From positions 146,585 to 210,584 of the forward strand of contig MFYJ01000007.1 in assembly GCA_001787755.1 (NCBI GenBank): a DNA stretch of 64,000 nt. The letters run 5' to 3'. The stretch's first letter is position 1; every line of letters begins with the position of its first letter. Positions 53,592 to 61,208 of this stretch are shown here, one piece after another. The notes under the pieces were generated by a model that worked only from the letters and a program-made list of their open reading frames with translations, did no database searches and was not told where the DNA came from. The position numbers were made by a program, and so were the translations under genes. Source of the DNA: Candidatus Peribacteria bacterium RIFOXYB1_FULL_54_35 (GTDB lineage Bacteria; Patescibacteriota; Gracilibacteria; Peribacterales; Peribacteraceae).

Positions 53592-53621
53592 GCCCTTCGA
53601 CTCGCTTCGCTCGCTCAGGGC
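53592..53621. repeat. REP-like core GCCCTTCGACTCGCTTCGCTCGCTCAGGGC
   Basis: See 21821-21850. 5-bp terminal stem GCCCT/AGGGC. Confidence 0.8.
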
Positions 53622-53642
53622 AGGCATCATGGTACTGTCGTT

Positions 53643-55454
53643 ATGGAAATTAGAAATTTTTGCATCATAGCGCATATCGATCATGGCAAGTCGACGCTGG
53701 CTGACCGCATGATTGAGAGCACAGGGACGCTCCAGAAGCGGGAGATGAAAGAGCAGCTCCTCGATACCATGGATCTGGAGCGCGAGCGTGGCATCACCAT
53801 CAAGTTGCAGCCTGTGCGCATGCAGTACAAGGGTGTGCAGCTCAACCTCATCGACACGCCCGGTCACACGGATTTCCGCTACGAGGTGAGCAGATCGCTC
53901 GCTGCCTGCGAGGGGGCTATTCTCCTTGTGGATGCTTCGCAGGGTATTCAGGCGCAGACGCTCGCTGTGCTCTCCATGGCACTCGAACACGATCTCGCCA
54001 TCGTGCCGGTTCTCAATAAAATCGATCTCCCTGTCGCGGATCCCGAACGTGTCACCGAGGAAGTACTGCATCTCCTCGGGTGCAGGAGGGAGGAAATTCT
54101 GCGGATTTCTGCCAAGGATGGGAGGGGAGTAGAGGATGTGCTCAAGGCAGTCATCGATCGGGTTCCGAAACCTTCTGTCTCCTCTTCTGCCGACGCGCGT
54201 GCTCTCATTTTCGATGCGGTCATGGACCCGTACCGCGGAGCGGTGGCCTATGTGCGCATGGTGGAAGGAAGTCTGAAGAAGGGGCAGAAGGTATTTCTTC
54301 TCGGTACGCAGTACGAGTCGGAGGTGCTTGATATCGGCCACTTCGCTCCGAAGTACGCTTCAGATGCGGGGCTCTTCGCAGGGGAAATTGGCTACGTTGT
54401 TACAGGTGCGAAGGATGTCTTCAATGTGCATACGGGAGATACGATTGCAGGTAAGAAGGATCTCCAGCCTCTCCCGGGATATAAGAAGGTGCAGCCGATG
54501 GTCTTTGCAGGACTGTATCCATCCGAAGCGGACGGATATCCGCAACTCAGAGACGCACTGGAGAAGCTCTCGCTGAACGATGCAGCGCTGTTCATGGAGC
54601 CCGAGCGCAATGCTGCACTCGGCAATGGTTTCCGTTGCGGTTTTCTGGGTCTTCTGCACATGGATATCGTCCAGGAGCGTCTGGAACGGGAACATGATTG
54701 TGATTTGGTGATTACCGCTCCCAGCGTGCAGTACGAGGTACAGCTCCAGTCCAGGAATCCCGGAGAGGTGGTGCGTACGAGTCTGCTCAGGGCAGACGAA
54801 CCCGCGATAGCCCTCATCAGCAATCCTGCGGATTTTCCTGACCCAACGTGTATTGGAGAGGTGCGCGAACCGTGGGTGGGGCTGGAAGTGCTCTGTCGCA
54901 AGGAAGACGTTGGTCCCGTGATGCAGCTTGTGCAGGACCGCCGGGGAATGTACCAGTCTCTGGAGTATCTGGATGCCGATCTTGCACTGCTGCGCTTCGA
55001 GGTTCCGCTCCAGGGTATCATCCTCGATTTCTTCGACAGGCTGAAGTCGGCAACTGCAGGGTACGGTTCCATGAGCTATGAGCCGATCGGGTACCGTGCA
55101 GGGGATCTCGTGAAACTGCAGATTCTCCTTCTCGGAGAGCCTGCGGAGGCTCTGAGCACTATCGTGCACAAATCAGAAGCCCATAGTGTGGGAGCAATTA
55201 TCTGTAAGAAGCTGAAGGAGGTTCTTCCCAAGGCCCAGTATCAGATCCCCATTCAGGCAGCGGTGGGGGCGAAAGTCGTAGCGCGGGAGACCTTGTCTGC
55301 TTACAGGAAAGATGTGACGGGGTATCTGTACGGCGGAGATGTCACCCGGAAGCGCAAGCTCTTGGAGAAGCAGAAGAAGGGGAAGAAGCGCCTCAAGCAG
55401 ATGGGGAAAATCACTCTCACACAGGAGGCGTTCCTGAGTGTCCTGAAGAGATAA
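53643..55454 (+). CDS. lepA: elongation factor 4 (LepA)
   Basis: 603 aa. IRNFCIIAHIDHGKSTLADR, DTPGH, NKID and the LepA C-terminal domain. Confidence 0.96.
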   Translation: MEIRNFCIIAHIDHGKSTLADRMIESTGTLQKREMKEQLLDTMDLERERGITIKLQPVRMQYKGVQLNLIDTPGHTDFRYEVSRSLAACEGAILLVDASQGIQAQTLAVLSMALEHDLAIVPVLNKIDLPVADPERVTEEVLHLLGCRREEILRISAKDGRGVEDVLKAVIDRVPKPSVSSSADARALIFDAVMDPYRGAVAYVRMVEGSLKKGQKVFLLGTQYESEVLDIGHFAPKYASDAGLFAGEIGYVVTGAKDVFNVHTGDTIAGKKDLQPLPGYKKVQPMVFAGLYPSEADGYPQLRDALEKLSLNDAALFMEPERNAALGNGFRCGFLGLLHMDIVQERLEREHDCDLVITAPSVQYEVQLQSRNPGEVVRTSLLRADEPAIALISNPADFPDPTCIGEVREPWVGLEVLCRKEDVGPVMQLVQDRRGMYQSLEYLDADLALLRFEVPLQGIILDFFDRLKSATAGYGSMSYEPIGYRAGDLVKLQILLLGEPAEALSTIVHKSEAHSVGAIICKKLKEVLPKAQYQIPIQAAVGAKVVARETLSAYRKDVTGYLYGGDVTRKRKLLEKQKKGKKRLKQMGKITLTQEAFLSVLKR

Positions 55455-55833
55455 TGCGCCCGGCGGCGGCAGGGGCTGTCTGCACAACCGCTCTCAGCTG
55501 CTGCGCTGTGTCCGACTGGAGGGCGTCTATGTCCTGTGGGAAGGTATCCGCTAACCGGAAACGCGTGGGTTCCTGGAGAATGCTGCTTTGCTCAATGACC
55601 GCGGCGAACTGATCGCAGGTTCCTTCCACTTGGAAGAAAATGCCTGCGCGCAGGAGCAAGCCGAGGATGAGCATGCGAATGCCTCCTTCCCGTATGCGGC
55701 AGATCGTATCCTGCTGGTTACTGTCACGCAGTGCATCGAAGAACCGTTGCACAGTGGGGCCTTCGTAGCGTCTGATGGGTGCTCTCTTCTCCATGGGGGA
55801 GAACATTGTAGCGGTTCGTGCCACGGAGTACAT
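55417..55833 (-). CDS. hypothetical protein (low confidence)
   Basis: The ORF fills the lepA-ligT gap and its codons look coding-like by eye. Start ambiguous (55833, 55806 or 55794). Its 3' end overlaps lepA by 38 nt. Confidence 0.35.
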   Translation of the reverse strand: MYSVARTATMFSPMEKRAPIRRYEGPTVQRFFDALRDSNQQDTICRIREGGIRMLILGLLLRAGIFFQVEGTCDQFAAVIEQSSILQEPTRFRLADTFPQDIDALQSDTAQQLRAVVQTAPAAAGRIISSGHSGTPPV

Positions 55834-55845
55834 TTGGTTTGCCTG

Positions 55846-56484
55846 ATGTCTGGTCTCTCTTTCCCCCTGAAACGGGTGTTCGTTGCTCTCCCTCTTGAGC
55901 GGGAAGCAAAGTGGCAGTTCCAGGCATTGCAGGAAGCCCTGAAGCCATTTGCGGATATCCTGCGGTTCCAGAATGCGGCGTCACCGCACCTCACGCTCCA
56001 GTTCTGGCAGGAAGTGATGGAGATTGAGTACCATCAGATTGTGAAGCAGACGGAGAACATTGCTTTGAAGAGCAAGCCGTTCACCATGAAGTGTACCGGT
56101 GTTTCCACGTTTGGATCACGCCTGCGTACCGGAACGCACTCCGGCGTGCAGGCACGCCTGCGTACCGGAACGCACTCCGGCGTGCAGGCACGGGGAGAGG
56201 ACAGGGTGCTCTTCCTCGACATTGCGTTCTCCGAGGAGCTTGCGAGGCTGAGGAAGCTGTGCCCCTGGCCGAGCGGGAAGCCGTTCTCGCCGCACATCAC
56301 GCTCGCGCGCATCGAGCATCCTCAGCGGTTTGCAGTGCAGAAGAAAAAAGTTCTCAAGGCACTGGAGGGCTCGGCATTCGCTATTCCCGTGGATCGCTTG
56401 CGCCTCTTCGCGGAGATCGATGGCAGGAAGCAGACGCCTATCGCGGAGTATCCGTTTCCTACTTTTCCTCCTCCGCAGGCGTAG
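55846..56484 (+). CDS. RNA 2',3'-cyclic phosphodiesterase / 2'-5' RNA ligase family (2H)
   Basis: Two H-x-T-x motifs (PHLTLQF and PHITLAR). Carries an in-frame 2 x 36-bp tandem insert. Confidence 0.8.
   Translation: MSGLSFPLKRVFVALPLEREAKWQFQALQEALKPFADILRFQNAASPHLTLQFWQEVMEIEYHQIVKQTENIALKSKPFTMKCTGVSTFGSRLRTGTHSGVQARLRTGTHSGVQARGEDRVLFLDIAFSEELARLRKLCPWPSGKPFSPHITLARIEHPQRFAVQKKKVLKALEGSAFAIPVDRLRLFAEIDGRKQTPIAEYPFPTFPPPQA
56119..56190. repeat. perfect 2 x 36-bp tandem repeat inside the 2H phosphoesterase gene
   Basis: CGCCTGCGTACCGGAACGCACTCCGGCGTGCAGGCA occurs twice, encoding RLRTGTHSGVQA twice. Each unit is an imperfect hairpin. Confidence 0.95.
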
Positions 56485-57163
56485 CCCCGGGTGATTTCTG
56501 TTGGATGTATGCCTGTTTTACTGTGGCAATGAACGGCTCGAAGACTGCCTGGAGGATGCTTGCGGTGAGTGGCTGGATTGTCTCGAACTTCTGTTTCTTC
56601 CCGTGGGTTTCAAAGAAGTCTTTCACGACGAATGTGGAGAGCTGCAGCACGGTTCCATCGATATTCTTCTCATCGATCATGAGCTGCAGGAGGATTTTCT
56701 CTGGTGCGAACGAGAGCACGAGCTGCATGCGAGTAATCCATGCAACGAGATCTCTGTTCATTTGCGGATCGAGTTCTCCGGATGTGGTGATGGCAGTACT
56801 TTCATCTACTGTTTCCTCGGCAGATTTATGCCCCATGCTGTGGAGGTACTCTTTCACTTCTCTCAGGCATCCTTCATGGATGAGCGAGAGAACGGCAAGA
56901 ATGAAGATGCTTGGGCAATCACGTGCGACGAGGCGGGAAATGAGGACAAACAGATGCGCGTACTTGTCCTGTCCGAGGAACTGGATGATGGTGCGGGCAA
57001 CCTGATCGTCGCGTTTCTTGGATTGCTTCTCCTCACGGCGGATTTGCTGCATCGCTGCAGCTGCGGCGGCAAACCGCTGCTTGGCTTCTTCGCTGAGTGC
57101 TTCAGGGGCACCTGCGACCCCTTCGTCGGGTGAGCCGATATCCAGTCCTCCCAGTTCAGTCAT
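56459..57163 (-). CDS. hypothetical protein (234 aa)
   Basis: Clean ORF with no motif recognised. Overlaps the 2H phosphoesterase gene's 3' end convergently by 26 nt. Confidence 0.6.
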   Translation of the reverse strand: MTELGGLDIGSPDEGVAGAPEALSEEAKQRFAAAAAAMQQIRREEKQSKKRDDQVARTIIQFLGQDKYAHLFVLISRLVARDCPSIFILAVLSLIHEGCLREVKEYLHSMGHKSAEETVDESTAITTSGELDPQMNRDLVAWITRMQLVLSFAPEKILLQLMIDEKNIDGTVLQLSTFVVKDFFETHGKKQKFETIQPLTASILQAVFEPFIATVKQAYIQQKSPGATPAEEEK

Positions 57164-57302
57164 AGTGCAGGCATGGTAGCGGGAAGAGGAACCAAAGGAA
57201 ACAAAGCACTACGCGAAAAGGGGGTTGTACTTCCGTATTCTCTGATGCATTTCCAAAAGAGACGATGTGTTTCAACAAGAGCCGGAGACAGTTCCCAGTC
57301 GG

Positions 57303-57587
57303 TCAGCTTGCTGCCGGTTCCACGCGCACGAATGTGCAGTGCTCTCGTTTCCCGTTGAATTTTTTCATCTGTTTCTTGCTGAATACCACCATGCCATCCA
57401 TGGAGGCATGAATGGTCCAGTCCTTTCCCACATGCGTGTTCGCCCCCGGCCGGTACCAGTAACCCTTCTGGCGGATGAGTACTTCTCCTGCGCTCACAGA
57501 TTGGCCTCCGAAACGCTTTACGCCGCGGTACTTTGGATTGCTATCTCTGCCGTTGCTGGTAGATCCGCCTGCTTTCTTATGAGCCAT
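57303..57587 (-). CDS. rpmA: 50S ribosomal protein L27
   Basis: [29 protein letters not shown]...IRQKG. An alternative start lies 2 codons upstream (57593). Confidence 0.95.
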   Translation of the reverse strand: MAHKKAGGSTSNGRDSNPKYRGVKRFGGQSVSAGEVLIRQKGYWYRPGANTHVGKDWTIHASMDGMVVFSKKQMKKFNGKREHCTFVRVEPAAS

Positions 57588-57667
57588 AGCCAAAGCATTT
57601 TACGGAACTTTTCCGTTCGTGCAAGAAGTTTCTCCCCCAATACGCGATTCGGGGAATGATGGTTTGT

Positions 57668-57750
57668 CATGAGCGAGCGGCAGCAGAGGGTCTTCGATTC
57701 GCCGCTTCGCGGCTCATTCAGGCTCATTCGGCTCGCTGCCGCGAGTCGAA
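57668..57750 (-). repeat. about 83-nt tRNA-flank element, copy b
   Basis: Lies immediately 3' of tRNA-fMet and 5' of rpmA. About 85% identical to 41946-42029. Contains internal tandem 10-mers (GGCTCATTCA GGCTCATTCG). Confidence 0.9.
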
Positions 57751-57827
<77 letters not shown>

Positions 57828-57900
57828 TCGGGAATGGAGTATGCATGAGCCTCAGGACACCCGCAAGCACTTGGAGGGGAAAGCTTCAGGAGAACTCCGC

Positions 57901-58350
57901 TCAGAGCGCCCTCTTCAGTTCTTCGATTTTCTTGCGGTGGAAGAGAAAGAGCTTCCAGTGTTCGATGACCGGCATCTGCCGGAGGAGTTCCAAGTACGTG
58001 GCTTCCTGCTGTTCAGCATTGAGGATGCCGGAATCAGTGAGAGGGAAGCTCACTACGTTCATTTCCTCCGTGATGACGAGCGCTTTCTCGCCGGGGTTCA
58101 TGAGCCCCAAGTTCTCTTTCGCGTACTTATCTTTATACTGTGCAGAGCGGTAGTACTCGAGGTCTCTGTATCCGAGTGTGATCTTCCCCCGCAGGAGATC
58201 GTTCTGGTTCTGGATGTTTAGCAGCGTCTGTTCAAAGAGCGTATTTCTGTAGAAGGAGAGCGCCAGGCCGAACGCCATGAATCCCACCACTGCCAGACCA
58301 ATGACAATGGTCAGTTGCTTGCTGATGGGTTCGGTTCCCTGGTAGCGCAT
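57901..58350 (-). CDS. septum formation initiator (FtsB/DivIC-like) family protein
   Basis: 149 aa. N-terminal TM segment followed by a coiled-coil region. Family assignment is tentative. Confidence 0.6.
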   Translation of the reverse strand: MRYQGTEPISKQLTIVIGLAVVGFMAFGLALSFYRNTLFEQTLLNIQNQNDLLRGKITLGYRDLEYYRSAQYKDKYAKENLGLMNPGEKALVITEEMNVVSFPLTDSGILNAEQQEATYLELLRQMPVIEHWKLFLFHRKKIEELKRAL

Positions 58351-58455
58351 GGGACTAGAGTACTAGAATACTAGAGTACTAGGATGGAGAATAATGCGGG
58401 AGCTTTTTCTCCCGGGGAGTTTCTTGTCCTAGTATTCTAGTACTCTAGTACTCCC
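58351..58455. repeat. hairpin element with CTAGARTA octamer arms filling a divergent intergenic region
   Basis: GGGACTAGAGTACTAGAATACTAGAGTACTAGGA versus TCCTAGTATTCTAGTACTCTAGTACTCCC. Inner hairpin GGGAGCTTTTTCTCCC. Confidence 0.9.
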
Positions 58456-58462
58456 ACCACTC

Positions 58463-59740
58463 ATGAAAATCTACTGCAGCGGCATCGGAGGCATCGGCCT
58501 CAGCGCGTACGCGGCGCTGCAGAACGCGTCCGGGCATACCGTGATGGGAAGTGACAGGGCGGGGAGTGCGCTCATAGAAGATCTGCGCAGTCAGGGGATG
58601 ACAGTGTTCCTGGAGCAAGACGGTTCGCATCTTCCCAAGGATCTGGATCTCTTCGTCTACTCCGAGGCGATTCCGAAAGATGCTCCCGAGCGGAAGCGGG
58701 CTTCCGATCTGGGTGTGCGGCAGCTCTCGTACTTCGGTGCTCTCGGGGAACTCTCCAAAGATTTCCGCGTGATTGCCGTGTGCGGCACGCATGGGAAATC
58801 TTCCACCGTTGCCATGGCTGCACGGGTGCTCATGCATGCGGGACTCGATCCTTCCGTCGTCGTTGGCACCAAGCTGCTTGAGCTCCAGGGACGTAACTGG
58901 CATAGAGGGGAGAGTGATCTCTTCCTTCTTGAGGCCTGTGAGTACCGCCGCTCCTTCCACTTCCTCTCGCCAGACATCGTCCTCATGACGAATGTGGATG
59001 GTGACCACTTCGATGCGTTTAGCTCGGTCCAAGAGTACCAGCAGGCATTCCGGGAGTTTCTGGAGCTGCTGCCTGCCGGAGGCACGGTCATTACTCATCT
59101 GGGTGATGCAGACTGCGCTCACACGGCGGAAGGGCTGCAGCGTCCGGTATTCGATGTGGATGATCTCCCGCTCCCCACGCTGCAGACGCCGGGCCGCCAC
59201 ATGCAGGAGAATGCGCAGCTGGTCCTGGGTCTGGCGGATATTCTCCATATTGGCAGGGGAGAGGCGCTTGCTGCGCTTGCGGGATACCGGGGGTGCTGGC
59301 GGCGGATGGAAGTGAAAGGGGAGTGGGGGGAAGGTGTCACCGTCATCGACGACTACGGTCACCACCCGCGGGAAATCCGTGCGGTGCTCTCTGCGCTGAA
59401 GGGCGCGTACCCGGGCCGCCGGCTTGTCTGTGCGTTCCAGCCGCACACGCACAACCGCACGATCAAACTCTACGCAGATTTTGTTGTTGCATTTTCGGAT
59501 GCAGATCAGGTCGTCATTGCGGATGTCTACGAGGCACGATCGGACATCGAAACAGAGAAAGTAGACATGGGGAAGTTCGTCTCTGACATCGCGGAGAAGA
59601 GCGGGGTCCCGTGCAGAGCAGGTGGGTCTCTCGATTCCACCAGGGCACTGCTTGAAGGTGAGATTCTGCGGCCGGGAGATGTGCTGCTCACTCTTGGGGC
59701 GGGAACGATCACACAGCTCTCCGATGAGTTCGTTGCCTAG
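58463..59740 (+). CDS. murC: UDP-N-acetylmuramate--L-alanine ligase
   Basis: GIGGIGLSAYA and GTHGKSST motifs. Mur ligase middle and C-terminal domains. Confidence 0.93.
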   Translation: MKIYCSGIGGIGLSAYAALQNASGHTVMGSDRAGSALIEDLRSQGMTVFLEQDGSHLPKDLDLFVYSEAIPKDAPERKRASDLGVRQLSYFGALGELSKDFRVIAVCGTHGKSSTVAMAARVLMHAGLDPSVVVGTKLLELQGRNWHRGESDLFLLEACEYRRSFHFLSPDIVLMTNVDGDHFDAFSSVQEYQQAFREFLELLPAGGTVITHLGDADCAHTAEGLQRPVFDVDDLPLPTLQTPGRHMQENAQLVLGLADILHIGRGEALAALAGYRGCWRRMEVKGEWGEGVTVIDDYGHHPREIRAVLSALKGAYPGRRLVCAFQPHTHNRTIKLYADFVVAFSDADQVVIADVYEARSDIETEKVDMGKFVSDIAEKSGVPCRAGGSLDSTRALLEGEILRPGDVLLTLGAGTITQLSDEFVA

Positions 59741-61065
59741 GATGCATCTGTTTCGATATACAGGTCGGCGGACGTGCTGATGATTTTGGACATCTCCGCA
59801 CGGTTCACCGGACGGTCCGGTCCGAATTCTCCGGTGGGCTTGCCTTCCGCATCCGTAAAGCCGCTCACAATGCCGTCCTGAGCTGCCGTTTCGATGCAGG
59901 AAGCATAGGGAGTGGTTTTCCGGACATCTCTGAACAGGTCACCGTGTGCCCAGAAGCGGCGCACGTCGAGCGCCTGGAGGAGGGTAGCCACCACTTCCCC
60001 CCGTGTTGCGGAGCGTTCGGGATCTATGCGGTGGTCACGGAAGACCTGCCAGTCCAGGTTCTCCGCCGAAGCGAAGTACTGTGAGAACCACGTGTTTTCT
60101 GCACGGGGGTTCTTGGAAGGGGTGTATGTCTCCGTTTCATCGATGCCCGCAAGTTTGTGGGCAATTTTCGCAAGCTGGGCAATGGTCACATTATCCCTGG
60201 GGCCGTACTTGCCCGTGGGGTTCCCGGCTTCGTCCTGGTAGCCGGACATGATTCCGGATTTCAATGACGTATGCACGAACGGTGCAAACCACTGGTCTAT
60301 GGGGACATCGTCGAACGTGATCTGTACACCATTGATTGTCGAGGTGACGTACTGGAGCGACCGTTCGTATTCCTCCTGCGGATTGAAGTATTTCAGTCCT
60401 TCACAGGAGAATGTGATGGAGAAGTTAATGCGGCTGCCGGCAATCAGCCTGTCCGACTTGGGTTTTGGGAGAGGGCAGCCCTCAATTTTGTCGAATGTCA
60501 CGGTGTACTGTCCTTCCGGCATTGCAGAGTAGGAAGCGGGGGTTTTCCCTGTGATCTCAAAATCGTTCGGTCCTATGAGGGTAAAACCCATTCCCGGTGG
60601 CTGGCTGTTCACGCCAACCGTTCCCACGCGCGTGAAGGTGTACTCCACGCGCAGCCGGATGTGTGTGTTCTGCTCCAGCGTGAACGATGCCTGAGGCTGG
60701 CTGAAGCTCTTGAGCATATCCTGATCTATGAACACACGCACGGTGGTGATGGCACCCGACGGCGGTTCCACGAGGAGCGTGTAGTTTCCGAGAGGGGCTT
60801 CCTCCAGCGTGTAGGATTCCTGGCGGAGCGTGAGGCGCTTGTTCCCGGGCTTGATGAGAATCCATTCGCCAAATATCCCGTTGGGGCTTTGCTGTTCGAC
60901 GGAAATAGTCCCTGTTTGTTCGGCGGCAAAGAGATGCTGCGGGGAGATTCCTGCAGCGATTGCGATGATGGCAAAGGAGAGGAGGAACCGTTGTGAGGTT
61001 GTCATGACAGTGTATGGGACGGGAAAATGCCGAAACAGTTTCAAGTATTTGTCGGCGGAGAGCAA
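59737..61065 (-). CDS. secreted protein with PEGA-like domains and C-terminal SLH domains
   Basis: Signal-like N-terminus. PPGMGFTLIGP...MPEGQYTVTF (PEGA-like). FDDVPIDQWFAPFV and FRDV...YASCIETA (SLH-like). Its stop shares a CTAG with the murC stop. Confidence 0.75.
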   Translation of the reverse strand: MLSADKYLKLFRHFPVPYTVMTTSQRFLLSFAIIAIAAGISPQHLFAAEQTGTISVEQQSPNGIFGEWILIKPGNKRLTLRQESYTLEEAPLGNYTLLVEPPSGAITTVRVFIDQDMLKSFSQPQASFTLEQNTHIRLRVEYTFTRVGTVGVNSQPPGMGFTLIGPNDFEITGKTPASYSAMPEGQYTVTFDKIEGCPLPKPKSDRLIAGSRINFSITFSCEGLKYFNPQEEYERSLQYVTSTINGVQITFDDVPIDQWFAPFVHTSLKSGIMSGYQDEAGNPTGKYGPRDNVTIAQLAKIAHKLAGIDETETYTPSKNPRAENTWFSQYFASAENLDWQVFRDHRIDPERSATRGEVVATLLQALDVRRFWAHGDLFRDVRKTTPYASCIETAAQDGIVSGFTDAEGKPTGEFGPDRPVNRAEMSKIISTSADLYIETDAS

Positions 61066-61092
61066 TTGATTAGATGGGATGATTGTTCTTTA

Positions 61093-61152
61093 GGCAGAAG
61101 AAGGCAGTAGAAACCCTCCGGCGGCGCGTTTCTGCTGCCTTCTTTTCTCTGC
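61093..61152. repeat. CAGAAG-type hairpin
   Basis: GGCAGAAGAAGGCAGTAGAAAC versus GTTTCTGCTGCCTTCTTTTCTCTGC. Confidence 0.8.
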
Positions 61153-61154
61153 TA

Positions 61155-61193
61155 CCGCCAAAGCAGCGTGCATACGCACACTGCTTTGGGCGG
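61155..61193 (-). terminator. hairpin after the LPXTG-protein gene
   Basis: CCGCCAAAGCAGCGTGC ATA CGCACACTGCTTTGGGCGG. No strong T-run follows, so terminator function is tentative. Confidence 0.5.
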
Positions 61194-61208
61194 AACCCTT
61201 CCCCGTAC

